A DNA stretch of 64,000 nucleotides from Obrimoposthia wandeli. Taxonomy: Eukaryota. Positions 43,288 to 55,710 of this stretch are shown piece by piece. Numbering within the stretch: position 1 is the stretch's first letter; each line of letters begins with the position of its first letter. A program made the position numbers and the translations under genes. The stretch spans positions 248,001 to 312,000 of the forward strand of contig CDROCS010003797.1 of assembly GCA_977020255.1 (NCBI GenBank), read 5' to 3'. Below the pieces are notes generated by a model. That model was not told where the DNA came from. It made no database searches and saw only the letters and a list, made by a program, of their open reading frames with translations.

Positions 43288-43941
43288 CTAGCGCAATACG
43301 TACAGCAACGGGAATATTAGAATCCACATCAGATCAATCATATGCCAATAAACAGCGAGCGCTTCAAGACCACTATGCTCTTTAGCTGAATATTGCCCTG
43401 CCCGTAAACGAAATATTACCCACAAAACTGCACATGAAGCCCAACCTACATGAAGAAAGTGATTAAAAGTCATATAGTAATAAACAGTATAAAATTCGTT
43501 CGTATTCGTGCTTAAGCCTTGTAGATTATTACTATAAAATTCCCAGGTTTTAACAATGAGATAAAGACAGCCGCAGCTCAGTGCCAGCCATAAATATCGT
43601 TGACACTTATCGCGTTCGTCCAAACGAATATACGACATCGCTTTTGCCATGAAGTAACTGCTCGACAACAAAATAATTGTATTAGCAACACCCAAACTCG
43701 TATTCAGCTCTTGCGGGCCTTGTGCAAAAACATCAGGGTAATGGTATTTGGCAACAAAATAAGCAACAAAAAAAATAGCAAACTCGGTTAGCTCAGAAAG
43801 AATACCAACCCAGATAGGAATATTGCCTGGAATTCTGCCAGCACGATCTTCACTCCATGAGCGCGGAAAAATCCCCAAAGAGCCACTTATTCGGTCATTA
43901 TTCATCAGTTTTTTCAGGCTATCACTCGATAATATCGTCAT
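43288..43941 (-). CDS. Cytochrome c oxidase subunit III-like / NorE(NirO)-like protein
   Basis: IPGNIPIWVGILSELTEF, NTIILLSSS, HFLHVG, YWHMIDLMWILIFPLLY motifs. Confidence 0.85.
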   Translation of the reverse strand: MTILSSDSLKKLMNNDRISGSLGIFPRSWSEDRAGRIPGNIPIWVGILSELTEFAIFFVAYFVAKYHYPDVFAQGPQELNTSLGVANTIILLSSSYFMAKAMSYIRLDERDKCQRYLWLALSCGCLYLIVKTWEFYSNNLQGLSTNTNEFYTVYYYMTFNHFLHVGWASCAVLWVIFRLRAGQYSAKEHSGLEALAVYWHMIDLMWILIFPLLYVLR

Positions 43942-44017
43942 AGCATAACCAGTTGCTCTTTTTTTTAAGTGACATAAATCAAGTTAAGCGCATTATTGTG
44001 TGCACAGGTTAACTACC

Positions 44018-44031
44018 TTGATATGAATCAA
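44018..44031. promoter_or_regulatory. Perfect FNR/ANR/DNR box
   Basis: TTGAT-ATGA-ATCAA, 10/10 match, 77 bp upstream of the norE-like start. Confidence 0.8.
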
Positions 44032-44183
44032 CTAGCGCGCTGAATGGGCTTTAAGGCGGAAATTATTTTCATTACTGTAAGGTGTAGCTTTAAAGAAATA
44101 GATGATTAATGCACAACACTGAATCACATGTGTTAATGATATCTAAAGTTGTGTAAATCTGGTTTTACCTTCAGGAGAATAAA

Positions 44184-44621
44184 ATGAAAAAACTTTTATA
44201 CCTTGTGGCTGTAAATGGAAGCGAATGGAATCAAAGAGCCGTCGAACGTGCAGTTCAACTCGCGGTGCAAACGGATGCTAGTCTTACGTTATTAACCGTA
44301 AAAGATTGGTCATATTTACAACCTATGATCCTTTAAGGTGTTGCACCTAGAGTAATAGATCAAGCTGTTGAAGAACAAAATACCCGTGACAATGTGTTAG
44401 CACCACTGATTACAAAGTACAGTCACCTAGACGTTGAAATGTCCGCTGAATTACTCTGGGACGCTCCTTCAGTAGTGATACGTGAGCAGATTAAAGCGCT
44501 GCACGCTAACATGCTCTTTGTCGGCCGCCAAGGCCGCTCTCGTCTGGCGGATATTTTGTTAGGTAGTGTGGCAAACAAGCTTGCTCATCAAGCTGGAATA
44601 CCTATTGTACTAGTACCTTAA
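44184..44621 (+). pseudogene. Universal stress protein with an in-frame TAA at codon 51
   Basis: AGGAG RBS and ATG at 44184 (LVAVNGSEWNQRAVERA). TAA at 44334-44336, then the same frame continues to GRQGRSRLADILLGSVANKL...PIVLVP. Confidence 0.88.
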
Positions 44622-44848
44622 TTAATAACGTAAGCACTCGGTACAGCATGTAAAGCAGCGTTAGTCAGTTTGTATGCTAGTGGTAAGAATTAAGCAGACT
44701 GATGCTGATTTACTTTTATATCGCGGTGACCCAATAGCGTAATACTGAACTATATTGTCGAACAATAATATACTTCTGATTGAGAACAGCACCGCATTAA
44801 ATAATTTTAATCCGCACATGTGAACCATTACTTTCTGACACAAGGATA

Positions 44849-45113
44849 TATACCCAAGCCACTTGAAGATGCAGGATTGTGCAAGTCGAAAAAGGGTTAG
44901 CACCAAGGCATTGATTGAAGAAAATGGTTGTTCCATTGTCGAAATCAATAACGCCGGAGATGACCCTTTATCGCCTTGCCCGAAGGGAGCTAAGCTAGAA
45001 AACCAGCTCAGCGTTGCATTCTAAATGTGCATTGATAAGGAATAACTTGTCTTCGTGCTGCGCCTTGAGCTGATTTCTAAGCTCTCTGACAAGTGGTTTT
45101 GAGAGTAAGTATA
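44849..45113. mobile_element. MITE-like element, family B, second full copy (inverted relative to 8449-8714)
   Basis: About 170 bp are near-identical to the reverse complement of 8545-8714. The other end has diverged (...AAGTGGTTTTGAGAGTAAGTATA). Confidence 0.85.
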
Positions 45114-45119
45114 CGTTTC

Positions 45120-45803
45120 CTAAAACGGAATATCGTCATCAAAATCAATAGTTGGTTCTTGTGGATTCACTTTAGGTGCGTTTTGTTGAAAACCACCTTG
45201 TTGTTGCTGAAAGCCACCAGATTGTTGTGGTGCAGACTGCTGTTGGAAGCCACCAGATTGTTGCGGAGCTTGCTGTGGAGCTGACTGCTGTTGGAAACCA
45301 CCGCTTTGTTGTGCTGGCTTATTATAAGCTTGCTGTGGCGCCGCTTGCTGTTGGAAACCACCACCTTGTTGAGGTGCTGGTGCTTGCTGTTGTTGGAAAC
45401 CGCCGCCTTGTTGAGGTGCTTGCTGATTAAAGCCACCTGCTTGAGCGCCACTTCCGCCGCGTGAATCTAACATTTGCATAGTGCCGTTAAAACCTTGCAC
45501 AACAATTTCAGTGGTATATTGATCTTGGCCTTGCTGGTTTTGCCACTTACGTGTTTGCAAAGCACCTTCAATATAAACTTTTGAACCTTTTTTCAGGTAT
45601 TCACCTGCAATTTCAGCTAATTTGCCGAACATAACCACACGGTGCCATTCAGTTTTTTCTTTTTGTTCACCCGTTTGCTTGTCTTTCCAACTTTCAGAAG
45701 TTGCAATAGTGAGGTTAGCAACACCACCACCGTTAGGCATAAAACGCACTTCAGGGTCTTTCCCTAAGTTACCTAAAATTATTACTTTATTGACACCAGC
45801 CAT
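45120..45803 (-). CDS. ssb: Single-stranded DNA-binding protein with a long Q/G-rich linker
   Basis: [26 protein letters not shown], and acidic tip DFDDDIPF. Confidence 0.97.
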   Translation of the reverse strand: MAGVNKVIILGNLGKDPEVRFMPNGGGVANLTIATSESWKDKQTGEQKEKTEWHRVVMFGKLAEIAGEYLKKGSKVYIEGALQTRKWQNQQGQDQYTTEIVVQGFNGTMQMLDSRGGSGAQAGGFNQQAPQQGGGFQQQQAPAPQQGGGFQQQAAPQQAYNKPAQQSGGFQQQSAPQQAPQQSGGFQQQSAPQQSGGFQQQQGGFQQNAPKVNPQEPTIDFDDDIPF

Positions 45804-45980
45804 GAACAAAATCCTATATTTACAGTAAAGCCTAGCTTTACCTATTTAACACTTTCTAAGCGTCAGCTCGCTCAGAAGATTTATTTTTAATAATGATGAG
45901 AGATTCTATCATTACGGGTGATAAATTACGCTAGCTTTACACTATTTTTCTTAAATATTTTATCAAAGAAAAAGTAATTT

Positions 45981-46379
45981 CTACTCTGCTGAATATAAGT
46001 GTTTTTCCATTTCACATCGCACGTCAGCAGGTATTTTTAAAGAGCTCTGATTTTCATAGCAAAAATTCACCATAACAGAAGTGCCTGAGGCGCACTTAAT
46101 ATCGTTTTGCCATAGTTCCTGATATACATCAAACGATGAGCCACCAATTCTGCCGATATAAGTACGCAGTTCAACCGCTTTGCCATAGAATATTTGTGCA
46201 TGAAAGTTAACATCAATTTTAGCTAAGATTAATCGCCATTGTGCTAAATTTAGCTCTGGCATAAAAATTTTAAAAACGGGCTCTCTTGCCCCTTCAAACC
46301 AGATAGGTAGCATAGTATTGTTAATGTGCCCAAGCGCATCCGTGTCACAAAATCGAGGGGTTATCACTTCACTAAACAT
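45981..46379 (-). CDS. 4HBT-family acyl-CoA thioesterase
   Basis: RFCDTDALGHINN hotdog-fold motif. Confidence 0.88.
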   Translation of the reverse strand: MFSEVITPRFCDTDALGHINNTMLPIWFEGAREPVFKIFMPELNLAQWRLILAKIDVNFHAQIFYGKAVELRTYIGRIGGSSFDVYQELWQNDIKCASGTSVMVNFCYENQSSLKIPADVRCEMEKHLYSAE

Positions 46380-46497
46380 AAAAAATCCTTAATAAATGCA
46401 AATTGTTTCAACATTCTACAGAGATTTATCAACAAGGTAATTAAATTAGTGCCAGTTTGTTGTATGCTGAGAACAGATTAATAATAAGAATATAGCC

Positions 46498-47199
46498 ATG
46501 ACCGATTTTATTGAAGTATACCCTAATGCACTTAGTGCTGAATTTTGTGAAAAATTTATTTTAGACTTTGATCAAAGCCAACACCAAGTAGCGGGAAGAA
46601 CAGGCAACGGTGTCGATACAAGTAAAAAAATAAGCCAAGATATTTACTTAAATCAACACGCAGAATTTCAACCCGCGTTGCAAACAATATTGCAAACCTG
46701 CGGTGAGCATATTACTGACTATATTGGCAAATATCTATTTAGCTTGATCAGTGGTATTTCATTAACCGTGCAACATCCAGAAACTAAAAAACCGGTCGTA
46801 TTAACCGTTGATAACTTTGAAGAAGTTGGCAAACCTAATTTATTTAATTTAGTGAAGTATTTATTTAATTTAGCCCCTATTAACGCGCAACGTTATGAGC
46901 AAGGTAAGGGCAATTATGGCTACTGGCACTCAGAAATTTATCCACAATTAGGTGAAAATAAAGCGCTGCATCGTGTTTTATTATTTTTGATTTATTTAAA
47001 TGATGTCGAAGACGGCGGCGAAACAGACTTTTACTACCAAAATAAAAGTATTAAGCCCAAAGCTGGCACTATGATCATTGCACCGTGTGGCTTCACTCAT
47101 ACCCACAGAGGTAACATCCCGATTTCGTCCAATAAGTATGTGTTAACGTCTTGGGTAAGCTTTAACCCAGCAAACCAGATTTACATTTCAGGTAAATAG
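46498..47199 (+). CDS. 2OG-Fe(II) oxygenase
   Basis: WHSE, IYLNDVEDGGETDF, PKAGTMIIAP, THTHRG, KYVLTSW motifs. Confidence 0.85.
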   Translation: MTDFIEVYPNALSAEFCEKFILDFDQSQHQVAGRTGNGVDTSKKISQDIYLNQHAEFQPALQTILQTCGEHITDYIGKYLFSLISGISLTVQHPETKKPVVLTVDNFEEVGKPNLFNLVKYLFNLAPINAQRYEQGKGNYGYWHSEIYPQLGENKALHRVLLFLIYLNDVEDGGETDFYYQNKSIKPKAGTMIIAPCGFTHTHRGNIPISSNKYVLTSWVSFNPANQIYISGK

Positions 47200-47433
47200 C
47201 AGAATACCGTTAGATAGAATAAGGCATCAGCCACAAATCATGGTTGGCTATAATACTTGTATTTAAACGCTTTAATTAAAATCTTAGCTGCCGTGCACTG
47301 TTTTTTTCCATCACTTTAATAGGTTTGAGTCATCGTTTTAGGCAGTGGCTTTATATAACTAAATTACATAAAGCTATGCTTGGCTCATTTGTGCTTATAT
47401 ATTTCAGCCTATTAAAACGTCAGAAAAAGCCTT

Positions 47434-47465
47434 AAAAAAAAGCATAATGACATCATTATGCTTTT
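47434..47465 (-). terminator. Terminator of the 647-aa membrane protein gene (possibly bidirectional)
   Basis: AAAAGCATAATGA-ca-TCATTATGCTTTT with a longer A-tract on the left. Confidence 0.6.
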
Positions 47466-47507
47466 AATAAACTAATCAGCTAGCTTCTGATACCATTTTT
47501 GATACCA

Positions 47508-49451
47508 CTAAGATGATATTTTATCTTGTTCTGGCGTGCTTTCATCACCAATTTGTTCATCATTTTGCTGCTCATTACGCAAAAAACCCGCAGCTTCATC
47601 GTCTGCATTTGCTATTTGATTAGGATTATAACGAGAGGCATTGTTGACCTTTAAAATGTTCTCAGCGTGTTGCAAGTCGGCGGTATTAGAAAACCCAGCA
47701 ATATTTTCACGTGCACGAAGAAACGCTTTGATCTCTGCGACAATGGCATTTAATTCATCGTCATTTTTTGACATCGACATAACGTATCTTGGCATTTCAA
47801 CGTTATTAGCACCGCTAGTAGCAAAGGTGCTGGTATTAATACGAGAGCTAACCACCCATGGCGTAATCGATGATTTAACAATAACATTCTCACTACGTGT
47901 TGAGTCATGAATGGACATACCGGTTGATACTTTCGACTCAGCAAATGTGCCTTCGGTTTTCATATACATCAATAGTGAATTAAAACGCAATTCAGCCCAA
48001 AATATATGTGAAAAATTCTCCAGCATACGACCAATAGTGGTCACTATCTGCCAGAAAAACAACGTGCTCACAAAGGCAACAATTAAACCCGAGCTATCAG
48101 AAATCAAGCCTTGTAATGGTGCTAATTGACCATTATTTGCCGCACGTGAAGCTCCTTCAATATTGCTAGCAAAGTATTGAAAAAATTCGATACCTGATGA
48201 TATTTGTGCTGCAAAACTAAAAAACAAATAGCCGCCTATCACAATTAGCACTTGTGCCAAAATAGTGCTGATCAACCGTGCCATTTTATAGTTAGCGGGC
48301 TGTACTGCTGAAGCAAATTCAGGTTGAGTTTCAATTAACAATTCGCCGGCAAATGATCCTTTACCTTGGCTTTGTTCTTTTAATACCGGGTCAAAGTTCA
48401 TGTAAGTTCGGTTAGGTATTTCTTTATAACGACGATTAGCTAAAACAATATTTTCAATATTGATAAATATTTCATTAGGATGCACTGACTCTTGCAAGTT
48501 TTCGCGATACTCGCTGACTTCAGTCTCGGTCGAGCTTTGTTTACTGCGAATGCCCACTAAATAAAAAACCAACGCGGCAGTAATAATACCTAAACCAAGT
48601 AAGGTTAACAAACTTGGCCAAGCTGAGAATAAATTAACTTTATCAATGACTTGGTAAAACTCACCATCAGGACTAATATTTTGATTTACATAGTGATAAC
48701 CGACGCCAATAGCAACGGGGAATAAAATAGAGAAGCTAATAATTTTAGCAACACTGGCTGCCCCGGCACTATTCAATTGTTTTACTTTATTCAGGCTCAC
48801 CGCGTTGGCTGCCTTGCGCCATGCAGCAATAAGATAAATGAGAATAAACAGAGAGAATACCGGCATGATGATATGACCCGCTTCTCCGGCTAAGCCACTT
48901 GAAGAAACAAAGTATGTTAAACCAAATGCGATAAAGGCAACGATCGTGGTGGCTAATACTGAAATAATTTCTTGGGAAATATTACGAATAGGGTAAGGCA
49001 AGAAAATAAGTTTAGGAAATATAGAATGAACAAAGCGTCCCATCCAACCTAGCGGTTCAGTGAATGTAGCGTTTTTTCGTCCCATCAACATAGATTCAAG
49101 TGTGCCGGCTTTGTAAGCTAGCACATTTTCTTTACGCTCAATTTTGGCATTTTCTGATTCACTTTTCGTTAAATTATTTGCAAGTGATGTTGGTACAGAG
49201 CGACCAACAAAAAATTTAAATAATTGAAATAAACCACTGCCTGCGCGTTTAAAACCGGTAATAAGTAAAATCAAACCAACAACAGCATAAACCCATGCGG
49301 TTGTTATGTTTTGTTCAATGATATCGGTAACATTAAATATGCTATATAAACCAATACCTGCGACCACTATTCCACCAACGGTGCGGATCAACCCTTCCTG
49401 CTTAAAAGGATTACCTATGCCTAATCCTTTCGAGCCAAAATCATACGCCAT
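47508..49451 (-). CDS. Large hypothetical multi-pass membrane protein
   Basis: 647-aa ORF, GGAG RBS, roughly 8 hydrophobic segments, soluble C-terminal domain. Confidence 0.8.
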   Translation of the reverse strand: MAYDFGSKGLGIGNPFKQEGLIRTVGGIVVAGIGLYSIFNVTDIIEQNITTAWVYAVVGLILLITGFKRAGSGLFQLFKFFVGRSVPTSLANNLTKSESENAKIERKENVLAYKAGTLESMLMGRKNATFTEPLGWMGRFVHSIFPKLIFLPYPIRNISQEIISVLATTIVAFIAFGLTYFVSSSGLAGEAGHIIMPVFSLFILIYLIAAWRKAANAVSLNKVKQLNSAGAASVAKIISFSILFPVAIGVGYHYVNQNISPDGEFYQVIDKVNLFSAWPSLLTLLGLGIITAALVFYLVGIRSKQSSTETEVSEYRENLQESVHPNEIFINIENIVLANRRYKEIPNRTYMNFDPVLKEQSQGKGSFAGELLIETQPEFASAVQPANYKMARLISTILAQVLIVIGGYLFFSFAAQISSGIEFFQYFASNIEGASRAANNGQLAPLQGLISDSSGLIVAFVSTLFFWQIVTTIGRMLENFSHIFWAELRFNSLLMYMKTEGTFAESKVSTGMSIHDSTRSENVIVKSSITPWVVSSRINTSTFATSGANNVEMPRYVMSMSKNDDELNAIVAEIKAFLRARENIAGFSNTADLQHAENILKVNNASRYNPNQIANADDEAAGFLRNEQQNDEQIGDESTPEQDKISS

Positions 49452-49905
49452 TTTACTTCTCCATAATGTAGTTTAGCGTTAACAGCTAAACTGACCCAAC
49501 ATAAAACATGTTGCTAAATTAACTTAAATCACCGTTAAATAACAGATTTTTTTAGATGTAAAGCTGATGTAAGGCTAACAAACTTGCTTGCAACAGCGCT
49601 ATTTTCAAGCTGTTATTTTAGGGGTATAACGCGGGATAAATGATGGTTACACAGCGCTGATTAAGTTTAGGCTCGCGTTGTATTAAAGAAAAAATTTCAG
49701 TACCTAGCGCTCAATTGAATAGATTAAGTAACCGCCGGCTATTAGAAATAAACACGAGGTAGAAGTTGGCTAGGCAGAGTATTTGTAGGTGAGCAAAAAA
49801 CAAGTCTGTTTGCTATGCGTTTATCGCTAGATAAGCTTGAAACAATGCTCACTTTGCGTTTTATCACAAACACAAAGCAAGCACGTTGTTAAGTAAACAA
49901 ATCTC

Positions 49906-49930
49906 TATACCCGATCCACTTCAAAATGCC
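49906..49930. mobile_element. Solo terminal-repeat remnant related to MITE family B
   Basis: TATACCCGATCCACTTCAAAATGC matches TATACCCAAGCCACTTGAAGATGC at 20/24. It lies next to the pssA stop. Confidence 0.5.
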
Positions 49931-49931
49931 G

Positions 49932-51263
49932 TTATAAAAAACGTTTTAATAACCGATCAATTTGCGTCATACGAAGCTTTTTCAATAATTTACGAGGTTT
50001 ATCTGGGTAATCTTGCGCACTTTCAATATCAGATGCTCTATTAACTATTTTGGTATGCTGAGTGATGCGTTGAAACTCAGCACTAAATTTATCCGCTAAA
50101 CTGCCTTGTGCATCATCAAGTAAAATACCGTTTTCTAAATCTAACGCCCACGCTCTCGGGTTTAAGTTACTGCCCGTTAATAGATGGTAGCGTTCGTCAA
50201 CAACTAAGCCTTTTAAATGGAAGCTATTATCATCATCTTGCCATAACCTCAGTGACAAACTGCCATTGTCTAAATATTTCTGACGACGCGCTAAGAAGCT
50301 TGCTAGTAAACGTTCATAAATATAAGGTACAATTTCAACGGTAGAAAATGTCGCTTCATCAGGGTTATAAAAGTCATTCGCTTTTTTATCACCCACAATT
50401 ACTGTGACTTTAACACCGCGTTTTAATGCTGCATCTAAATCTCTTAGTAACGGCTTAGGTAAGTTAAAATAGGGCGTGAAGATAATCAATTTTTCTCGAC
50501 TGCTGCGCACTAAATCCCGGATCACTCGATTAAGTTGGTTGCCGCTACGACCACAGCCAACAAACATAGCAGCTTGAATATCGGTACTTTTACTGACACT
50601 TTCATCAGAACTAAACAAACGATATTTAGACGATTTCAACAATTTGGTTAAACGAATAATATTACGTTTAACTAGTTTTGCATCCGGTAGTAAACCGCGA
50701 TTTAAGCGTGGCGCTAAGCCTGAATCAATAAAGCAGCGTTGTAAGTATTCACAAAAATTATCAGCTAATGCCTTGTTATTTAAACGGTAATAACGGTCAA
50801 GACGATAACGGCCAGACTGTTGTAAGTATACGTCGTTGATACTAGCACCGGTATAAAGCAATACGTTATCGACCACCATACCTTTTAAATGTAATACGCC
50901 AAGTAATTCCTTGCGTTTAACGGGCACGCCATAAATATTAATTGATACAGCATGTTGCTCTTCAAGCGCTAGGTAGAGATCACGATTACCGCCAGACTCT
51001 TTTTCGCCAATTAAGCCGCGTTGTGCGCGATGAAAATCAACAAACAAGCAAATATCCAAGCTCGGGATTTTTTGTTTAGCCTTATACAGTGCCGCCAGTA
51101 TTTCTCTCCCGGCGGCATCGTCTTGAATATAAAGCGCTGAAATATAAATGCGTGACTTTGCTTGAGCAATTTCTGCCAACAGCATTTGCTTAAAGTCAGC
51201 CGCTGAAGCGGCAATAGCTATATCGGAGGCTGCTATTCCAACCATGGAATTAACGACGACCAT
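49932..51263 (-). CDS. pssA: CDP-diacylglycerol--serine O-phosphatidyltransferase (PLD superfamily)
   Basis: Two HKD motifs (HLKGMVVD, HLKGLVVD), DFHRAQRG, GSNLNPRAW. Confidence 0.92.
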   Translation of the reverse strand: MVVVNSMVGIAASDIAIAASAADFKQMLLAEIAQAKSRIYISALYIQDDAAGREILAALYKAKQKIPSLDICLFVDFHRAQRGLIGEKESGGNRDLYLALEEQHAVSINIYGVPVKRKELLGVLHLKGMVVDNVLLYTGASINDVYLQQSGRYRLDRYYRLNNKALADNFCEYLQRCFIDSGLAPRLNRGLLPDAKLVKRNIIRLTKLLKSSKYRLFSSDESVSKSTDIQAAMFVGCGRSGNQLNRVIRDLVRSSREKLIIFTPYFNLPKPLLRDLDAALKRGVKVTVIVGDKKANDFYNPDEATFSTVEIVPYIYERLLASFLARRQKYLDNGSLSLRLWQDDDNSFHLKGLVVDERYHLLTGSNLNPRAWALDLENGILLDDAQGSLADKFSAEFQRITQHTKIVNRASDIESAQDYPDKPRKLLKKLRMTQIDRLLKRFL

Positions 51264-51331
51264 ATTAGCGATTACTCGCAGATGTAATGGTTAAATTAGG
51301 TGTATTATTATTATTCATTCAATCTAGATAA

Positions 51332-53269
51332 TTATTTCTTCAAAGTAAACTGAGCTAATTGTACCGCAAGATCTTCTGCAAGTTGAGAAATATTAGCACC
51401 CGCGCTTGCAGCGTCTTCAGCTGACTGTAATAAATTGTCGGTACTTTCCGCAATATCATGGGTATTTCCAGTGATGCCAACGACCATACTACGTTGTTGC
51501 TCAACCGCATTAAATATTTCTGTGGTCGCGGCAACTATCTCAGTAACGTTCTGGCTAACTTGATGGAAAGTTTCTGCGACTTGTGCTGTTTTTTCCACAC
51601 CTTGCTCAGCTTGTTCAACACCGCTCTTCATGGCGTCTACTGAACGACTGGTGCCTGATTGCAGCTGTTCGATGATACGTTGGATCTCGCTGGTTGAGTC
51701 TTGTGTTCTACTGGCTAACGTTCGAACTTCATCAGCAACAACGGCAAAACCTCGGCCTTGCTCACCTGCTCGTGCAGCTTCTATAGCTGCATTTAATGCT
51801 AATAAGTTTGTTTGGTCAGCAATTTCGCGAATAACGTTAACAAACTTGCCAATTTCTGAACTATGTACCGCGAGTTCATTAATCACTTCTGCCGAGTTAT
51901 GCACTTGTGAAGAAATTGCCGTGATGACACTGGCGGTGTCATTGATCACTTGTTCACCTTCATTAACACTAGCGCAGGCTTGTTCGGTCAATGCCTTCGC
52001 ATCGGTTGTGTTTGAGGAGATAACTTGCACTGAATCATTTACTTGATTGATAGAGCTAACCACTTGATGCGTATCTTGCTGCTGTTGAGCAATATTTCTT
52101 TCCATAAATTCTGTTAGCGTATTGATGTTAGCTGCCGCTAATTTTAACACCGACACTTCGCTGTCTACATTTAATAAAAGATCATGAATTTTGCGCTGCA
52201 TTTGACTAAAGCAACGAGTAATATCACCTAACTCATCTTTAGCACTGCTGGTAATTTCTAGCGAAAAGTCACCATTACCTAAGCGTTCAGCCGCTAAACT
52301 TATTTTCTTAACGCTATCATTCAATGACTGATAAATGCCAACCAACAAGTAGCTTATTGCCAACATAATAATCACTAACATAATTGATAGTAACCACAAT
52401 GCTTGCATGCTATCGGTATGTAAGGTGTTAATACGTTGCACGAGTAACTGTTCAGACATTGTCATTAGCGTTTGAAGATTTTTATATTGTGCATCGCCTA
52501 AACTCTCGGCTTGAGCTGCACGCCATTGAATACTATCAGGCTTAATCACTTCATTGCGCAGTGATGCTTGAAAACCATCTAATGAGCGTGTGACTTGCTC
52601 ATATTCGGCTAAGTATTCATTAAACACTTTTGGCGCAACACGTTTTAGTTGTTCAATGGTTTTTGCGTATTGTAATTGTAATTCGTCAAGACGGTTGTCT
52701 AAGGCAACGAGTAAAGTGTAGGTTTCGGCGCTAAAGCCGCCATTATCAATAATACTACGTGTTAAATCTTTAATTCGTCCAGCATACTCGACTAGCGCTG
52801 GCATTCTCATGACGGTAGCTTCAGCAAGGTAGAAAGCTTGAGCATCCGGTTCGCGAGACAAACCACTAATGGCTGATAAACTTTCTCGTTCAGCAAACGT
52901 TTTGTCATAAAACATGGCAAAATCAGTGAATTTTCGCTCACTTGCTTGTAAGCCTTTCCAACCATCTAGCAATAGTTGTTTATTTGATGATGTTAACATC
53001 AAGGCATCTATTTTTGCCTTAACATCGTTAGTGCGATTCAGTGATAAGCGGTTCTTTCCTACCAATTGCTCTAATTCAGCAATGGCCATTATTTGCTTAT
53101 TGCCAGATAATTCTTGTTCATACTGGCTTAAGTCATGAAACTGCTGTTTTACAATCCAGACAAAACTGACAATAAGTGGAATATAAAACATTAAGGCCAA
53201 TAGAGAAAATTTAGCTTTGAATCTTAATGAGTTAGAAATAGCTATCGCGGGTTTAAATATTAGCGTCAT
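51332..53269 (-). CDS. Methyl-accepting chemotaxis protein
   Basis: Two TM segments, HAMP domain, [34 protein letters not shown]. Confidence 0.95.
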   Translation of the reverse strand: MTLIFKPAIAISNSLRFKAKFSLLALMFYIPLIVSFVWIVKQQFHDLSQYEQELSGNKQIMAIAELEQLVGKNRLSLNRTNDVKAKIDALMLTSSNKQLLLDGWKGLQASERKFTDFAMFYDKTFAERESLSAISGLSREPDAQAFYLAEATVMRMPALVEYAGRIKDLTRSIIDNGGFSAETYTLLVALDNRLDELQLQYAKTIEQLKRVAPKVFNEYLAEYEQVTRSLDGFQASLRNEVIKPDSIQWRAAQAESLGDAQYKNLQTLMTMSEQLLVQRINTLHTDSMQALWLLSIMLVIIMLAISYLLVGIYQSLNDSVKKISLAAERLGNGDFSLEITSSAKDELGDITRCFSQMQRKIHDLLLNVDSEVSVLKLAAANINTLTEFMERNIAQQQQDTHQVVSSINQVNDSVQVISSNTTDAKALTEQACASVNEGEQVINDTASVITAISSQVHNSAEVINELAVHSSEIGKFVNVIREIADQTNLLALNAAIEAARAGEQGRGFAVVADEVRTLASRTQDSTSEIQRIIEQLQSGTSRSVDAMKSGVEQAEQGVEKTAQVAETFHQVSQNVTEIVAATTEIFNAVEQQRSMVVGITGNTHDIAESTDNLLQSAEDAASAGANISQLAEDLAVQLAQFTLKK

Positions 53270-53587
53270 AATTACTCTTCGTCAGTTTATTATCTAGAAA
53301 GTACTATTTATAAGCATATCACTTGACCAAGATAAGTTAATAATTATTTCAATTTCATCTAAATCAAACTTTACCCAACACTCAAATTAAAATTTAAACC
53401 CTATAATTTCAAGACCTTAATGGCAAAAACCATTCTATGAGACGACTATTTTCTCTGGATAAAAAATATGGATAAGAAAAACATTCACAAGGTTAAATCA
53501 TAAAACACGGTTAGATAATCGTAAACAATACCTGTAAATAAGACCTTAGCCATAGTCTATGGTTAAGATCTATCTTTTTGGGACGAC

Positions 53588-53637
53588 AAAGAACAAAAGG
53601 TACATTGCAGTAAGTTTGTATATACCCACTGCAATGT
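53588..53637 (-). terminator. Probable terminator of fadH
   Basis: ACATTGCAGT...ACTGCAATGT stem with a T-rich tail on the minus strand. Confidence 0.55.
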
Positions 53638-53673
53638 CAGCTAACGTTAATGATGATGGTTGAATGATGAGAA

Positions 53674-55710
<2,037 letters not shown>

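Noticed and set aside
45093-45451. Three ORFs overlapping ssb
   Set aside because: Shadow frames created by the stop-poor GGFQQQ repeat.
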